From Patescibacteria group bacterium (GTDB lineage: Bacteria > Patescibacteriota > Minisyncoccia > UBA6257 > 02-FULL-45-10c): DNA of 64,000 nt. The notes below the pieces were generated by a model. It searched no databases, had not been told where the DNA came from, and saw nothing but the letters and a program-made list of their open reading frames with translations. The DNA is taken from contig JAHILT010000006.1 of the NCBI GenBank assembly GCA_018896875.1, positions 12,605 to 76,604 of the forward strand, given 5' to 3'. This document shows positions 6,901 through 15,265 of this stretch, piece after piece (the first letter of the stretch is position 1; every line of letters begins with the position of its first letter). Both the position numbers and the translations under genes were made by a program.

Positions 6901-8135
6901 TGAATAAAGATCGATTAAAAACAAAATTAGAAAAAATAATAAGAGGACTAGCTATTTTAACCATTAAGCGATATCAGCCTGGAATTATTGCAGTTACTGG
7001 TAGTGTGGGAAAAACATCAACAAAGGAAGCCATTTATAGCGTATTAAAAGATTCTCGTTTTGTTAGAGCTACTCATGGAAACTTTAATAATGAGTTTGGA
7101 CTACCTTTAACAATTTTGGGTGATTATACAAAAATTGTAGGAAAAATGTTTTGGGTTAAAGTTATTTTCAAATCTATTTTTAGATTAATTTTTAAACTTA
7201 AGTATCCTGAAATATTAATTTTAGAATATGCTGCAGATAAGCCGGGAGATATAAAAAATCTTTTAAGTATAGCTATGCCAAGAATTGGGGTTATTACTTC
7301 AATAGGAGAGATTCCTTCTCATATTGAATTTTATAGCGGACCGGAAGCTGTATCCAGAGAAAAGGCAAAAATTCTAGAAGTTCTACCTAGTATGGGGGTT
7401 GCTGTTTTAAATGCTGATGATAAGTATGTATTAGAAATGAAAACAAGAACAAAGGCTCATGTTATGACTTATGGTTTTGGTAGTGAATCTGAAATTCAGA
7501 TTACTAATTTTGAAAATAGAATTGAAAAAGGGAAGCCAGCAGGTATTTCTTTTAAGTTAAATTATGGAGGCTCTTTTGCTCCAATTCGTATTGTTGGATG
7601 TTTTGGTAAGTCGCAAGCTTATGCAGTTGCTGCTGCTAGCGCTATTGGATTTGTCTTTGGGATGAATCTTGTAAAAATTTCTGAAGCATTACGTTATTAT
7701 AAAATGCCTTCTCAAAGAGGAGAGATAATCCCAGGCATAAAAAAATCTTTTATAATTGATGATAGTTACAATGCTTCTCCCGCTTCTATGAAAGCTGCGA
7801 TAGAATTAGCAGACTCTATGAAGTTCAAGAGAAAAATTGCTGTATTGGGAGATATGTTAGAAATTGGAAAACATACAATTGAAGCGCATGAAAATATAGG
7901 AAAATTAATTGTAAATGTTTTTGATATTTTAATTACTGTTGGTCCAAGATCTAAATTTATAGCTGAGACGGCTTCTAAAAAGGGTTTTCCAGTTAAAAAT
8001 ATTTTAAATTTTGAATTTGCTGATGATGCCAAACTTAAAGTCCAAGAAATAATTAAAAAAGGAGACTTGATTTTAATTAAAGGGTCGCGCGCTCTAGAGT
8101 TAGAAAAAGTTGTAGAAGAAATAAAGATAGTATAA
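6900..8135 (+). CDS. murF: Mur ligase, MurF-like (UDP-MurNAc-tripeptide--D-Ala-D-Ala ligase), short N-terminus
   Basis: P-loop GSVGKTSTKE, DDSYNASP, VLGDMLELG-like (VLGDMLEIG). Position after ftsI. The start is moved from the track's 6891 to the ATG at 6900, because the first ATG lies inside the repeat element. Confidence 0.75.
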   Translation: MNKDRLKTKLEKIIRGLAILTIKRYQPGIIAVTGSVGKTSTKEAIYSVLKDSRFVRATHGNFNNEFGLPLTILGDYTKIVGKMFWVKVIFKSIFRLIFKLKYPEILILEYAADKPGDIKNLLSIAMPRIGVITSIGEIPSHIEFYSGPEAVSREKAKILEVLPSMGVAVLNADDKYVLEMKTRTKAHVMTYGFGSESEIQITNFENRIEKGKPAGISFKLNYGGSFAPIRIVGCFGKSQAYAVAAASAIGFVFGMNLVKISEALRYYKMPSQRGEIIPGIKKSFIIDDSYNASPASMKAAIELADSMKFKRKIAVLGDMLEIGKHTIEAHENIGKLIVNVFDILITVGPRSKFIAETASKKGFPVKNILNFEFADDAKLKVQEIIKKGDLILIKGSRALELEKVVEEIKIV

Positions 8136-8152
8136 GATTATTACTATCTTTT

Positions 8153-8224
8153 GGCCTTATCGTCTAGTGGTTAGGACATAGCCTTCTCAAGGCTAGAACA
8201 CGGGTTCGATTCCCGTTAAGGCTA
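8153..8224 (+). tRNA. tRNA-Glu (anticodon CTC)
   Basis: Manual cloverleaf: acceptor GGCCTTA/TAAGGCT (G1-U72 wobble), D arm GTCT-AGTGGTTA-GGAC, anticodon stem TAGCC/GGCTA with loop TTCTCAA, T arm ACGGG-TTCGATT-CCCGT. Confidence 0.85.
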
Positions 8225-8263
8225 CACTTCTAAGATGTCAATTGTTGTTTTTTCTATAATAAA

Positions 8264-9406
8264 ATGGATAAGTTTAATTTTAAAATATCTAAGAAAAGTA
8301 AAAAAAGTCAGGCTCGCGCTGGAATTATAAATACTCCTCATGGATTAATTCATACTCCTACTTTTTTCCCTGTTGGTACTAAAGCTACAGTAAAGGGGAT
8401 TACTCCTAGACAGTTAGATGAAATGAATATAGAAGCAGTTTTATGCAATACTTATCATTTATTTCTTAGGCCTGGAGACAAAATTATTAAAAAACTTGGT
8501 GGATTACATAAATTTATGAATTGGTCCAAACCTATTATTACTGATAGTGGTGGATTTCAGGTTTTTAGTCTTGGTTTTGGCATGAAACATGGAGTTTCAA
8601 AAATAGTTGGGTCTAATAAAAAAAATACAAGAAATAAAAATACAGAACAATTCGCAAAAATAACAGAAGAAGGAGTTCATTTCAGGTCATTTATAGATGG
8701 AGCAAAGCATTTTATCAGTCCAGAAGATTCTATGAAAATTCAAGAAAATTTAGGAGCAGATATCATATTTGCTTTTGATGAATGCACCTCTCCTCTTTCT
8801 AGTTATAAATACACGAAAGAAGCTATGGACCGCACTCATCGTTGGGCGATAAGATCTTTAAAAGCACACAAGAAGAAAAATCAAATGCTTTTTGGTATAG
8901 TACAGGGAGGAGAATTTAAAGATTTACGTTTAGCTAGTTCTAAATTTATAGGTGGAATGGATTTTGATGGTTTTGGCATAGGTGGTTCTTTTGGCAAGTT
9001 TGAGAAAAAGATTAAAAATGTTTTAGATTGGTCATTGGAGTATTTACCAGAAACTAAACCAAAACATCTTTTAGGTATAGGCTCGGTAAAAGATGTTATT
9101 GACGCTATCAAAAAAGGAATAGATACATTTGATTGTGTGTCTCCTACTAGGCTAGGGAGAAATGGTACGGCTATTACCGCAAAAGGTAATTTAAATCTCA
9201 AGGCTGGCCGTTTTTTATTAGACAAAAAACCAATTGAGACGGGATGCCAGTGCTATGCGTGCGTTAATTTTAATAGAGCATATATAAGACACTTGTTTCA
9301 AAGCGAGGAGATGTTAGCAGGAATATTAACTACATTACATAATGTTTATTTTATGGATAAATTGATGAAGGACATAAGAAAAGATATACTTAAGGGGAAG
9401 TTTTAG
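8264..9406 (+). CDS. tgt: Queuine tRNA-ribosyltransferase (tRNA-guanine transglycosylase)
   Basis: TPxFxPVGT, DSGGFQVFSL, and the zinc site CQCYAC...H. Confidence 0.9.
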   Translation: MDKFNFKISKKSKKSQARAGIINTPHGLIHTPTFFPVGTKATVKGITPRQLDEMNIEAVLCNTYHLFLRPGDKIIKKLGGLHKFMNWSKPIITDSGGFQVFSLGFGMKHGVSKIVGSNKKNTRNKNTEQFAKITEEGVHFRSFIDGAKHFISPEDSMKIQENLGADIIFAFDECTSPLSSYKYTKEAMDRTHRWAIRSLKAHKKKNQMLFGIVQGGEFKDLRLASSKFIGGMDFDGFGIGGSFGKFEKKIKNVLDWSLEYLPETKPKHLLGIGSVKDVIDAIKKGIDTFDCVSPTRLGRNGTAITAKGNLNLKAGRFLLDKKPIETGCQCYACVNFNRAYIRHLFQSEEMLAGILTTLHNVYFMDKLMKDIRKDILKGKF

Positions 9407-9410
9407 AATT

Positions 9411-9755
9411 ATGAATATATTTAAATTTAAGAAAGATAAATTCTTATTTTATCCATTATTGGCGAGTTTTATTCTTTTTTTAGCGTCTTTGCTTTTGGCT
9501 TTTTTAGGATTACTAGATACGAACAATCTTTTAATTTTACATTTTGATGGTTATAAAGGTATTGATTTTTTAGGGGAGAAAAAAGACATTTTTAATGTAG
9601 TGTTTCTATCTTTGGGTATGATTTTTTTAAATTTTTTTCTAGCTAAAAAAATATATTTTAAAGAAAGATTTTTGTCTTATTTGCTCGCCTTTATGACTCC
9701 ATTATTCTCTTTGTTGATTTTTATATGTGTTTTTGTTATTATATCTATTAATTAA
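9411..9755 (+). CDS. Hypothetical small membrane protein (about 3 TM helices)
   Basis: Hydrophobic segments only. No recognisable motif. Confidence 0.5.
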   Translation: MNIFKFKKDKFLFYPLLASFILFLASLLLAFLGLLDTNNLLILHFDGYKGIDFLGEKKDIFNVVFLSLGMIFLNFFLAKKIYFKERFLSYLLAFMTPLFSLLIFICVFVIISIN

Positions 9756-9769
9756 AGTGTATTAATATC

Positions 9770-10081
9770 ATGAAAATTGCAGTTATAGAAACAGGAGGAA
9801 AACAATATAAGATTATTGTTGGACAAAAACTTAAAGTAGAGAAACTAGACCAAGAGATTGGCACAGAGTTTGTTTTTGATAAGGTTCTATTATTGTCTGA
9901 AGATGATAAGGTTGAAGTTGGGTGTCCTTATTTAAAGAATACCAAGGTTAAGGTAATGATAATAAAAAACAAAAAAGATACTAAAAAAATTGTTTTTAAA
10001 TATCATGCCAAGAGTAGATATAGAAAGAAAAAAGGACATAGACAACAAATTACAGAAGTAGAAATATTAGATATTAAATAA
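9770..10081 (+). CDS. rplU: 50S ribosomal protein L21
   Basis: MKIAVIETGGKQYKI...HRQ signature. Confidence 0.9.
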   Translation: MKIAVIETGGKQYKIIVGQKLKVEKLDQEIGTEFVFDKVLLLSEDDKVEVGCPYLKNTKVKVMIIKNKKDTKKIVFKYHAKSRYRKKKGHRQQITEVEILDIK

Positions 10082-10105
10082 CCTCGCTACAAAGCGAGGT
10101 TATTT
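10081..10105 (+). terminator. Intrinsic terminator after rplU
   Basis: ACCTCGCT-ACAA-AGCGAGGT followed by a T-rich tail. Confidence 0.75.
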
Positions 10106-10134
10106 AATAAAAAGGCGACTCAAATGAGTCGCCT
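10106..10134 (-). terminator. Intrinsic terminator of the minus-strand wHTH gene
   Basis: AGGCGACTC-AAAT-GAGTCGCCT with an A-run on the plus strand (a T-run on the minus strand). Confidence 0.75.
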
Positions 10135-10139
10135 TAGTT

Positions 10140-10430
10140 TTATTCAGTTGGGCCCTTTTCAAGAAGAGAATCAAAAGTTTTTAAAAAACGCTTACCACGC
10201 CAGCTTAGCACATATCTAACCAGAATGAGGTTGTTTTTAATGGGCGTAGTCTTTATAAAGATATAGAATTCGCTACGCAGGAATTTCAAAGCATACTCTA
10301 TTTGTTTTGAATTTACTTGCAATTTTTTCTGAATTTCACTGATGAGGAGACCTTCTTGCCCCCGCAGAGCAAAGAGCATGCCCAAGATACAAAGGCGATC
10401 CTTGTTTGTTAGTTCTATCTTTCTAGCCAT
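10140..10430 (-). CDS. Small winged-helix DNA-binding protein (orphan, SD-led)
   Basis: 96 aa with a wHTH-like core (LLISEIQKKLQVNSKQIEYALKFL). Strong SD GGAGGA (complement of 10435-10440). Has its own terminator. Confidence 0.5.
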   Translation of the reverse strand: MARKIELTNKDRLCILGMLFALRGQEGLLISEIQKKLQVNSKQIEYALKFLRSEFYIFIKTTPIKNNLILVRYVLSWRGKRFLKTFDSLLEKGPTE

Positions 10431-10481
10431 TTTATCCTCCTATAAAATTTTTAACGATCTATTTAAAATAGGTATATCGTA

Positions 10482-11822
10482 TTAATGATATTTATCAATA
10501 CTCACAAAGCCAACTCTTTCTTGATCAAATTTTAATTTAATTGTTCCTGTTGGTCCATTTCTATGTTTAGCGATAATAATTTCTGCCGAATTTATTTCGC
10601 TAGCAAGAGGATTAGATTTATTGTAGTCTTTTCTGTGAATAAACATAACTACGTCTGCGTCTTGCTCTATTGATCCACTCTCTCTTAAATCAGAAAGTCG
10701 CGGTTTTTTATTTTCTCGTTGTTCAACACCTCTGGAAAGTTGAGATAATGCTAAAACGGGGATATTTAATTCCCTAGCTAATCCTTTTAATCCTCTAGAA
10801 ATTTCTGTAACTTGTTGCACTACATTATCTGCGCTCCTACGAGGCTGAATGAGTTGTAAGTAGTCTACAATCAAAAGATCTAATCCAGATTCTGCTTGAA
10901 GTCGTCTAGCCATAGATCTCATCTGTAAAATATTTGGAGAAGGGGTGTCGTCTATAAAAATTGAGACTCCATCAAGTTCATCTAAAGCTTTTTGAATATC
11001 GGAAAAAGCATCTTCTTTTTTTAGTTTTCCGGTTCTCAAGTTCCATAATGGAACCTGAGCTTGAGATGAAATAAATCTATCTACTACTTGTTCTTTGGAC
11101 ATTTCTAATGAAAAAATACCAACAGATTTTTTTTCATTGACTGCTACGTGTCTAGCTATATCTAAAGAAAGGGCCGTTTTTCCTAATGATGGCCTTGCTC
11201 CGATAATTATAAGATCAGAATTTTGTAGTCCAGAAAGTATATTATCTATATCTGTAAAACCAGTAGGAACTCCTCTTAGTCTACCTTCTCCATTGTGCAA
11301 GTTTTCTATTCTTTCATAAGCACTTACTAATCCTTCTTTAATAGTTGAAAATTTTTGAGAGATAGATCGTTGAGAAATAGAAAAGATTTTTTTTTCTATC
11401 TCGTCCAACATATCTTCCATGTTTTCATTGGGATTAAAAGCTTTTTCAGAAATTTTTCCAGAAGCGGTTATTAAATCTCGGCAAACTTTTTTTTCTTTAA
11501 CAATTTTAGCATAGTGATTAATATGCGCGGCAGAAGGAACCGATTCAATCATCTTGGTGAGATAAGCATTTCCTCCTATATCTTTAAATAAGCCAGATTC
11601 TTTTAATTTATTAGATACAGTAAAAAGATCTATTGGCTCTCTTTTGTCGTGAAGATCTAAAATAGCTTCATAAATTTTTTCATGAGCTGGTTTATAGAAA
11701 TCTTCTGATGACAAAATATCAGCGATATTAATAATTGCGTTTTTGTCTATCATTAAGGCGCCTAATACAGATTGTTCGGCTTCGATATTTTGTGGTGGTA
11801 GTTTTAATTTTTTAGAAATCAT
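10482..11822 (-). CDS. dnaB: Replicative DNA helicase DnaB
   Basis: PPQNIEAEQSVLG N-terminus, Walker A GARPSLGKT, IVDYLQL, SQLSR. Confidence 0.95.
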   Translation of the reverse strand: MISKKLKLPPQNIEAEQSVLGALMIDKNAIINIADILSSEDFYKPAHEKIYEAILDLHDKREPIDLFTVSNKLKESGLFKDIGGNAYLTKMIESVPSAAHINHYAKIVKEKKVCRDLITASGKISEKAFNPNENMEDMLDEIEKKIFSISQRSISQKFSTIKEGLVSAYERIENLHNGEGRLRGVPTGFTDIDNILSGLQNSDLIIIGARPSLGKTALSLDIARHVAVNEKKSVGIFSLEMSKEQVVDRFISSQAQVPLWNLRTGKLKKEDAFSDIQKALDELDGVSIFIDDTPSPNILQMRSMARRLQAESGLDLLIVDYLQLIQPRRSADNVVQQVTEISRGLKGLARELNIPVLALSQLSRGVEQRENKKPRLSDLRESGSIEQDADVVMFIHRKDYNKSNPLASEINSAEIIIAKHRNGPTGTIKLKFDQERVGFVSIDKYH

Positions 11823-11824
11823 TT

Positions 11825-13327
11825 TTAATCCTTACTTATTAAAGGACCTATTATTGTGTCCTCTATAATATATCCTAAGCTTTTTATTTTGTTTCTCAAT
11901 AGATCGGATTTAGTAAATTGTTTATTTCCTCTGCATAACTCTCTTTCTTGGGCTAATATGGTTATATTTTTAGGTATTTTGTGTGTTTTTAAGGTGGTTC
12001 CTAAAAATATAGATAATTTTTTAATTATAAATTTTTTAATTATAGTAGCTTCGTTTTTGGATAGCGTCCATATTTTAGGTTCTATCGTATTTATTAATTC
12101 AAAAATTGAAGCTATTGCTTTCGGAGTATTAAAGTCATCACTCATAGCAATATCAAAATTGTTTTCTGCTTTTTTAAGAAGATATTCAATTTCAGAGCTG
12201 ACAATTCCTTTTTCCTTTATAAAAGATAGAGAGGTTATTATTTTTTGTAATTTTTTAAGTGTATTAATACCTTGTTCTGCGGATTTTTCGGTATAATTAA
12301 AAGACGAACGATAATGATTGAGATTTATGAGTAGTCTTAGAATTTCTGGAGAATATTTTTTCGTAAAATCTTTTATTGTTGTAAAGTTTTTTAAAGATTT
12401 AGACATTTTTTTTCCATCAATCAAAAGAAATCCTGTATGCATCCATATTTTTACCATTGGTTTTTTACCAGAAGCTGATTCTTGTTGGGTAATTTCTGCT
12501 TCGTGGTGTGGAAATTTTAAATCTACGCCACCACCATGAATATCATATTGTGAACCAAAATAATGTTCGCTAATAGCTGTGTCTTCAATGTGCCATCCTG
12601 GACGACCCCAGCCGAGAGAAGTATACCAAACTGGTTCGTAGTTAATGATTTTCATTGAATTTTTCTTTCTGTGTAAGTCTGCGTTTATATCCCCGCCGAA
12701 GGCGCCGCCAGTAGCGAGCCTCGCCAAGGGCGGGAGGCTCGCCCTTTCGGGCGGCGCGCTAATCTGCGTTTTGGAGAATTTCCATAAAGCAAAATCTCCT
12801 TTGTTTTTTTTGTTTATATCATTATCAATTCTTGATGTTGCATCTTCGGCTTGAGAAGCGGTTCGTTTTGAGAGTTTTCCGTATTCTGGGAAAGTAGAAA
12901 TATCAAAATAATATCCGTCATTTATTTTATAGGCGCATCCTTTTTTAATTAATGTTTGGATTTGTTTTATGATTTGAGGAATGTGTTTACTAGCTTTAGC
13001 GTGTTTAACTGATTTTATATTCAATATTTTTTCAATTTTGTAATACTCTTTTTCAAATTTATTTGCTAATTCAAGAGGACTAATATGTTTTTCTTTAGCT
13101 CTTTCAATTATTTTATCATCAACATCTGTAATATTTTGAAGATAAAAAACATTTATTTTTTTAGATCTCAAATAACGCACAATAGTATCAAAGGCAATAT
13201 AAGTTCTGCCATGTCCAAGATGGGGATTGTCATATACTGTTGGACCGCAAACAAACAAACGTAACGGGCGAGTATTTGGTAGGTTTTCTTTTTTTCCGCT
13301 TAGGCTACTATATATTTTTATAGCCAT
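11825..13327 (-). CDS. cysS: Cysteine--tRNA ligase, carrying a GC-rich in-frame insertion
   Basis: HLGH (HIGH), GRPGWHIE and KMSKS motifs. Confidence 0.9.
   Translation of the reverse strand: MAIKIYSSLSGKKENLPNTRPLRLFVCGPTVYDNPHLGHGRTYIAFDTIVRYLRSKKINVFYLQNITDVDDKIIERAKEKHISPLELANKFEKEYYKIEKILNIKSVKHAKASKHIPQIIKQIQTLIKKGCAYKINDGYYFDISTFPEYGKLSKRTASQAEDATSRIDNDINKKNKGDFALWKFSKTQISAPPERASLPPLARLATGGAFGGDINADLHRKKNSMKIINYEPVWYTSLGWGRPGWHIEDTAISEHYFGSQYDIHGGGVDLKFPHHEAEITQQESASGKKPMVKIWMHTGFLLIDGKKMSKSLKNFTTIKDFTKKYSPEILRLLINLNHYRSSFNYTEKSAEQGINTLKKLQKIITSLSFIKEKGIVSSEIEYLLKKAENNFDIAMSDDFNTPKAIASIFELINTIEPKIWTLSKNEATIIKKFIIKKLSIFLGTTLKTHKIPKNITILAQERELCRGNKQFTKSDLLRNKIKSLGYIIEDTIIGPLISKD
12674..12773. 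repeat. GC-rich palindromic module inside cysS, bounded by TCTGCGTTT direct repeats
   Basis: GC-rich block at 12691-12760 with hairpins CGCC-GAA-GGCG, GCGAGCCTC...GAGGCTCGC and GCCC-TTTC-GGGC. TCTGCGTTT occurs at 12678-12686 and 12763-12771. Confidence 0.8.
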
Positions 13328-14229
13328 CTTTTCTTTTTAAATATCAACAGAGATATTACGGTAATGGTTATTATTATTGCCATACTAGCAAAAAAGAAAT
13401 TCGTATCACTTCCGCCGAATATTTCATTAAAAGCATCTATTGAAAAAAGTTGTAAAACAATAAGAAGGGGAACGGTCAAAAAAGCAAGAATTGTGAATTT
13501 TTGCATTATCAAGTTGATTTTGGCATCTAAAAGCTGGGCGTTAGTCTCCTCTAATGATTCCGCAATTTGTTTATAGTTTTCTAGTCGTTGCATTACTTTT
13601 AAATGATCTCCTATTAAATCAGAAAGATAAACGACTATACTATTATCCCAAAATTTTACTCCTGTTTCTTTCAGAGACTTAAGGATTATTTCTTGAGGGC
13701 GGTTAATAACCATGTAGTCTAAAAGATCTCTTTTAATGTAAGATATTTTTCTAAGCATTAAGTCTTCTTTACCGTCGAAGAGACTTTTAGTGAGATTGGT
13801 TATATTTTCTTCTATATGGCTTAATTGACGTTCACAAAAATTAATAATTTCTTCAATTAAGGAATATATTAATTTCCCGGTATTATCCATTGCTGATTCT
13901 TTAAAATGAGGGCTGTTAGCTATGTTTCTCATAAAATTATTTATTGGTTCTAATTCTTCATAGCGAACAGTAATTACCTTCTTTTTTGTTATAAGAAAAT
14001 CAATTTCAGCCTTACGAGATGTTTTTGTTTTTTGATCGTAAATAGGCATGTGATAGGTAAGAAAAAGATATTGACCATAAGATTCTACTCTAGTGCGAGC
14101 AGAGGTGTGAATAAGTTCGTCTAAAATGATAGGATGAAATTTGTGTTGCTTAGCTATAAATTCAATATCTTTTTTACTTGGTTTCACGACATCTATCCAT
14201 GTAATGTCCTTGTGTTTAATTATTTTCAT
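13318..14229 (-). CDS. corA: CorA-family divalent cation transporter-like protein with a degenerate GMN motif
   Basis: CorA-like N-terminal domain (WIDV...HPIILDEL) and two C-terminal TM helices. FSIDAF sits at the expected YGMNF position. Confidence 0.6.
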   Translation of the reverse strand: MKIIKHKDITWIDVVKPSKKDIEFIAKQHKFHPIILDELIHTSARTRVESYGQYLFLTYHMPIYDQKTKTSRKAEIDFLITKKKVITVRYEELEPINNFMRNIANSPHFKESAMDNTGKLIYSLIEEIINFCERQLSHIEENITNLTKSLFDGKEDLMLRKISYIKRDLLDYMVINRPQEIILKSLKETGVKFWDNSIVVYLSDLIGDHLKVMQRLENYKQIAESLEETNAQLLDAKINLIMQKFTILAFLTVPLLIVLQLFSIDAFNEIFGGSDTNFFFASMAIIITITVISLLIFKKKRWL

Positions 14230-14324
14230 TTTATAAATATTTTTTATTTTATAATTTATAATTTACATTATATCATAAAATATTGATTTATTTTATTTTT
14301 TAAATTAAGATGATTATTAGCTTT

Positions 14325-14395
14325 GCCCCCATAGCTTAATGGTAAAGCAGTTGCCTTTTAAGCAATTGACCATGGTTCGATTCCATGTGGGGGCA
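14325..14395 (+). tRNA. tRNA-Lys (anticodon TTT)
   Basis: Manual cloverleaf: acceptor GCCCCCA/TGGGGGC, D arm GCTT-AATGGTA-AAGC, anticodon stem GTTGC/GCAAT with loop CTTTTAA, T arm CATGG-TTCGATT-CCATG. Confidence 0.9.
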
Positions 14396-14397
14396 CA

Positions 14398-15249
14398 ATG
14401 CATCGTATGAAAACTTATATTATTAATTCAAGGAATGATAAAGAGATTTTTTCTTTCCATAAGGTTTTAAGATCGGCCAAAAGATCAGGGGCTTCACTTA
14501 CTGTATCCCAGCATATTGCCAAGCAAATTGAAAAAGAAGTTTATCCAGGAATTAAAACTTCAGAAATTTTCAAGAGAATAAAGGAGTTGCTTTCAAAAAA
14601 AACACCACAAGTAGCTTTAAAGTTTTCTTTAAGAGAAGCGATGAATAAGCTTGGTCCTACAGGCTTTCCATTTGAAGAGTTTATAAAAGGAATTTTAATA
14701 AATAATGGGTTTGAGGTAAAGATTAATCAATATATATCTGGGGTTTCTTCTATTTCTTATGAAATAGATTTTTTGGCGACAAAAGGAAAGTTAATATATA
14801 TAGGGGAGTGTAAATATCGCAATATGGCAGGAGAAAGAGTAGACATAAAGGTTGCTTTATATAATTATGCTCGTTTTTTAGATATTAAAAATAATTCTTA
14901 TTTTAAAAAACTTCAAGCAAATAAATTTAGAATAAAATCAATGTTAGTAACAAATACTAAATTTACCACATATGCAATTAAATACTCCGAATATCAAAAA
15001 ACAGAACTTCTAGGTTGGAAATATCCATTAAACAAAGGATTAGAGTATTTTATTGAAAAAGATGGGCTTTATCCAATCACTATTCTACCTTCTCTCAAAG
15101 GAGGCTTAAAAAATATTTTTATTCAAGAGGGAATAATGTTGGCTAAAGATTTATTGGACTTAGATATTGATTTATTTTCAAAAAATTTGAATATTCCTAA
15201 AAAATATATTTTACCGTTAATTGACGAAGCGAAAATCTTATTAAAATAA
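14398..15249 (+). CDS. ATP-cone domain fused to a PD-(D/E)xK (Mrr-like) nuclease domain
   Basis: ATP-cone-like N-terminus (EIFSFHKVLRSAKRSGAS...TSEIFKRIKELL). Nuclease core EIDFLA...(13 aa)...GECKYR. Confidence 0.55.
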   Translation: MHRMKTYIINSRNDKEIFSFHKVLRSAKRSGASLTVSQHIAKQIEKEVYPGIKTSEIFKRIKELLSKKTPQVALKFSLREAMNKLGPTGFPFEEFIKGILINNGFEVKINQYISGVSSISYEIDFLATKGKLIYIGECKYRNMAGERVDIKVALYNYARFLDIKNNSYFKKLQANKFRIKSMLVTNTKFTTYAIKYSEYQKTELLGWKYPLNKGLEYFIEKDGLYPITILPSLKGGLKNIFIQEGIMLAKDLLDLDIDLFSKNLNIPKKYILPLIDEAKILLK

Positions 15250-15265
15250 AAACATCTGAATGTTT

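Noticed and set aside
6825-6908. 27-codon ORF inside MITE copy A (MNKSQKNNLTTLTMRTLLLSLCYVWDE) ending on a TAA that overlaps the murF start
   Set aside because: The ORF is not conserved. Copy B has a stop after 4 codons, and copy C has a 1-nt deletion that shifts the frame. Conservation is therefore at the nucleotide level.
12678-12771. TCTGCGTTT direct repeats in cysS as a clean target-site duplication
   Set aside because: The repeat-to-repeat distance is 85 nt, which is not a multiple of three. Simple excision would not restore the frame. The repeats may instead be units of the AGTCTGCG family.
14385-14397. The tRNA-Lys 3' end acting as an att site for the downstream nuclease gene
   Set aside because: I noticed no second copy of the tRNA 3' segment downstream, and no recombinase. 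I kept this only as a contextual remark.
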